This document shows, in pieces, positions 61,720-64,000 of a DNA stretch of 64,000 bases. The stretch spans positions 53,012,001 through 53,076,000 of the forward strand of contig CM059432.1 in assembly GCA_030390025.1 (NCBI GenBank). Reading direction: 5' to 3'. The position numbers were made by a program, and so were the translations under genes. The stretch is from Squalus acanthias. Taxonomy: Eukaryota. Below the pieces are notes generated by a model. That model worked only from the letters and a program-made list of their open reading frames with translations. It was not told where the DNA came from and did not search any database. Numbering within the stretch: position 1 is the first letter of the stretch; every line of letters starts with the position of its first letter.

Positions 61720-64000
61720 GAGGGGGAAAAAATTGTCTCCTTTGCGCATCCCGTTAGCACCAATAGATGGCGCTAATGGGCCACTAGAGCAGTATCGCCT
61801 CACCTCAGTATGGGCGGCAGCAGTCTGGGCTGGCTGGATGACAGACAGTGACAAGGGCAATGGTGGATTGGCAGTGGTGGGAGCAGGAATGCTGTCATCC
61901 TGAGAGAGGAACTGAAAGAAATCGGTATTTGTAGGGAAATGGTGTTAGGGAAATTGAAGGGATTGAAGGCCGATAAATCCCCAGGGCCTGATAATCTACA
62001 TCCTAGGGTATTTAAGGAAGTGGCCCTAGAAATAGTAGATGCATTGCTGATCATCTTCCAACATTCGATGGAATCTGGAACTGTACCCATGGATTGGAGG
62101 GTAGCCAATGTTACCCCACTATTCAAAAAGGGTGGTAGAGAGAAAGCGGGGAACTACAGACCGGTAAGCCTGACATCGGTATTGGAGAAAATACTAGAGT
62201 CCATTATAAAGGATGTAATAGCTGAGCACTTGAAAAACAGTGACAGGATCGGACAAAGTCAACATGGATTTACAAAATGTAAATCGTGCTTGACTAATCT
62301 ACTGGAATTTTTTGAGGATGTAACTAGGAAAATAGATAAGGGAGAACCAGTAGATGTGGTGTATTTGGACTTTCAAAAGGCTTTCGATAAGGTCCCGCAT
62401 AAGAGATTAGCGTGTAAAGTTAAGGCACATGGGATTGGGGGCAAGCTATTGACTTGGATAGAGAACTGGTTGGCGGACAGAAAGCAGAGAGTAGGAATTA
62501 ATGAGTCTTTTTCCGAGTGGCAAGCAGTGACTAGTGGGGTACCGCAGGGATCGGTCCTTGGACCCCAGCTATTCACAATATACATTAATGATCTAGATAA
62601 GGGAACTAAATGTAATATCTCCAAGTTTGCAGATGACACAAAGCTGGGTGGGAGTGTGTGCTGCGAGGAGGATACCGAGAAACTCCAGGATGATTTGGAC
62701 AGGTTGGGTGAGTGGGCAGAAGCGTGGCAGATGCAATATAAAGTAGATAAGTGCGAGGTTATCCACTTTGGTGTCAAAAACAGAAAGGCAGATTGTTATC
62801 TGAATGGCAATAGATTGGGAGAAGGGGAAGTGCAATGAGACCTGGGTGTCCTTGTGCACCAGTCGCTGAAGGTAAGCATGCAGGTGCAGCAGGCGGTGAA
62901 GAAGGCAAATGGTATGTTGGCCTTCATAGCGAGAGGGTTTGAGTCCAGGAACAAGGATGTCTTGCTGCAGTTGTACAGGGCCTTGGTGAGACCACACCTT
63001 GAGTACTGTGTGCAGTTTTGGTCGCCTTATCTGAGGAAGGATGTTATTGCCATGGAAGGAGTTCAGCGAAGATTCACAAGGCTGATACCTGGGATGGCAG
63101 GAATGACGTATGAAGAGAGATTGGGTCGAATGGGCTTATACTTGCTGGAGTTTAGAAGAATGAGAGGGGATCTCATCGAAACAAATAAAATTCTGACAGG
63201 ACAGGACAAACTAGATGCAGGAAGGATGTTCCCGATGGTCGGGGAGTCCAGAACCAGGGGTCACAGTCTAAGGATAAGGGGTAAGCCATTTAGGACTGAG
63301 ATGAGGAGGAATTTCTTCACCCAGAGAGTGGTGAACCTGTGGAATTCTCTGCCACAGAAGGCAGTAGAGGCCAATTCATTAAATAGATTCAAGAAGGAGT
63401 TGGATATATTTCTTAAGGCTAAAGGGATCAAGGGATATGGGGAGAAAGCAGGGACAGGGTACTGAATTTGGATGATCAGCCATGGTCGCATTGAATGGTG
63501 GAGCAGGCTAGAGGGGCCGAATGGCCTACTCCTGCTCCTATCTTCTATGATTCTATGACAGCAGGTTCCTGCTCCACTGACCCATTGCCACTCCCCCGGG
63601 GCAGCACCTCAGCATCCCTAGCAATCTGTTGGAGCACAGATTGCTGGCCTGCTATGACACCGTGAAAGTCCCGGTCGATGGTGGTAGACCCAACCACAAT
63701 GGCAGCAGTCAGAGCTTGTGTGGCATCAAGCTGAGACTGCATGAGAGCAGTCTGAGAATCGATGGCACCAAGCATAGACTGCATTACAGCACTAAGACTT
63801 TGCGTCGCTTCTACCTGTGCTGCAGTGGAAACTGCCAGGTCGCCCATCACACATGGCATCAGGTCTGGGTTGCCATGGTCTCTCTGGGAGTCTACCATCC
63901 TTTACAGACTGGAAATGATGGGCTCCATGGTGTGCACAGAGCCTTGTGCAATGTTGGAGGCGGACTCCTCCATGCTCCTTACCATTGCTGAGAGGTTCTC
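61720..64000 (-). mobile_element. Probable Harbinger Myb-gene C-terminal remnant (61720-61902 plus 63557-64000)
   Basis: TIR-like gggggaaaaaattg at ~61722. ORF 63545-63898 resembles the coiled/low-complexity tail at 53817-54458. Confidence 0.45.
61903..63556 (+). mobile_element. CR1 LINE 3' part, low-divergence subfamily, inserted into a probable Harbinger remnant
   Basis: ORFs 61939-63465 are in one frame with a single internal stop. CR1 tail present. Confidence 0.95.

Noticed and set aside
1..64000. CRISPR arrays, retrons or other prokaryotic RT systems
   Set aside because: Spliced vertebrate gene context. All RT fragments are non-LTR retrotransposon type and no repeat-spacer arrays are visible.

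Overview
Vertebrate genomic DNA, very probably a shark or ray, inferred from the repeat repertoire (CR1, Deu-domain SINE, Penelope, Harbinger). The only host gene I can support is the 5' end of SMCHD1 on the minus strand: CpG-island exon 1 at 7717-7496 and a 76-bp exon 2 at 1904-1829, with the gene continuing off the left edge. The ~56 kb upstream is largely nested transposon debris: many CR1 LINE copies, an L2-type LINE, PIF/Harbinger DNA transposons (a decayed HARBI1-like transposase, several Myb/SANT-domain remnants and MITEs with 3-bp TSDs), two solo LTRs, SINEs and palindromic Penelope-derived elements. Most notable: (1) an ORF2-only LINE whose 5' end is a tRNA-like head plus Deu-like domain and whose 3' tail matches a free SINE in the same window, so the SINE looks like an internal deletion of the LINE; (2) palindromic inserts carrying minimal hammerhead ribozyme motifs, one ~65 nt from an SMCHD1 splice donor; (3) two dissimilar solo LTRs that both duplicated GCGG in element orientation; (4) Harbinger derivatives that lost the transposase but kept Myb exons and a CRE/TATA-like module. 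All calls were made by eye. No database searches were run, and repeat boundaries without a TSD are approximate.
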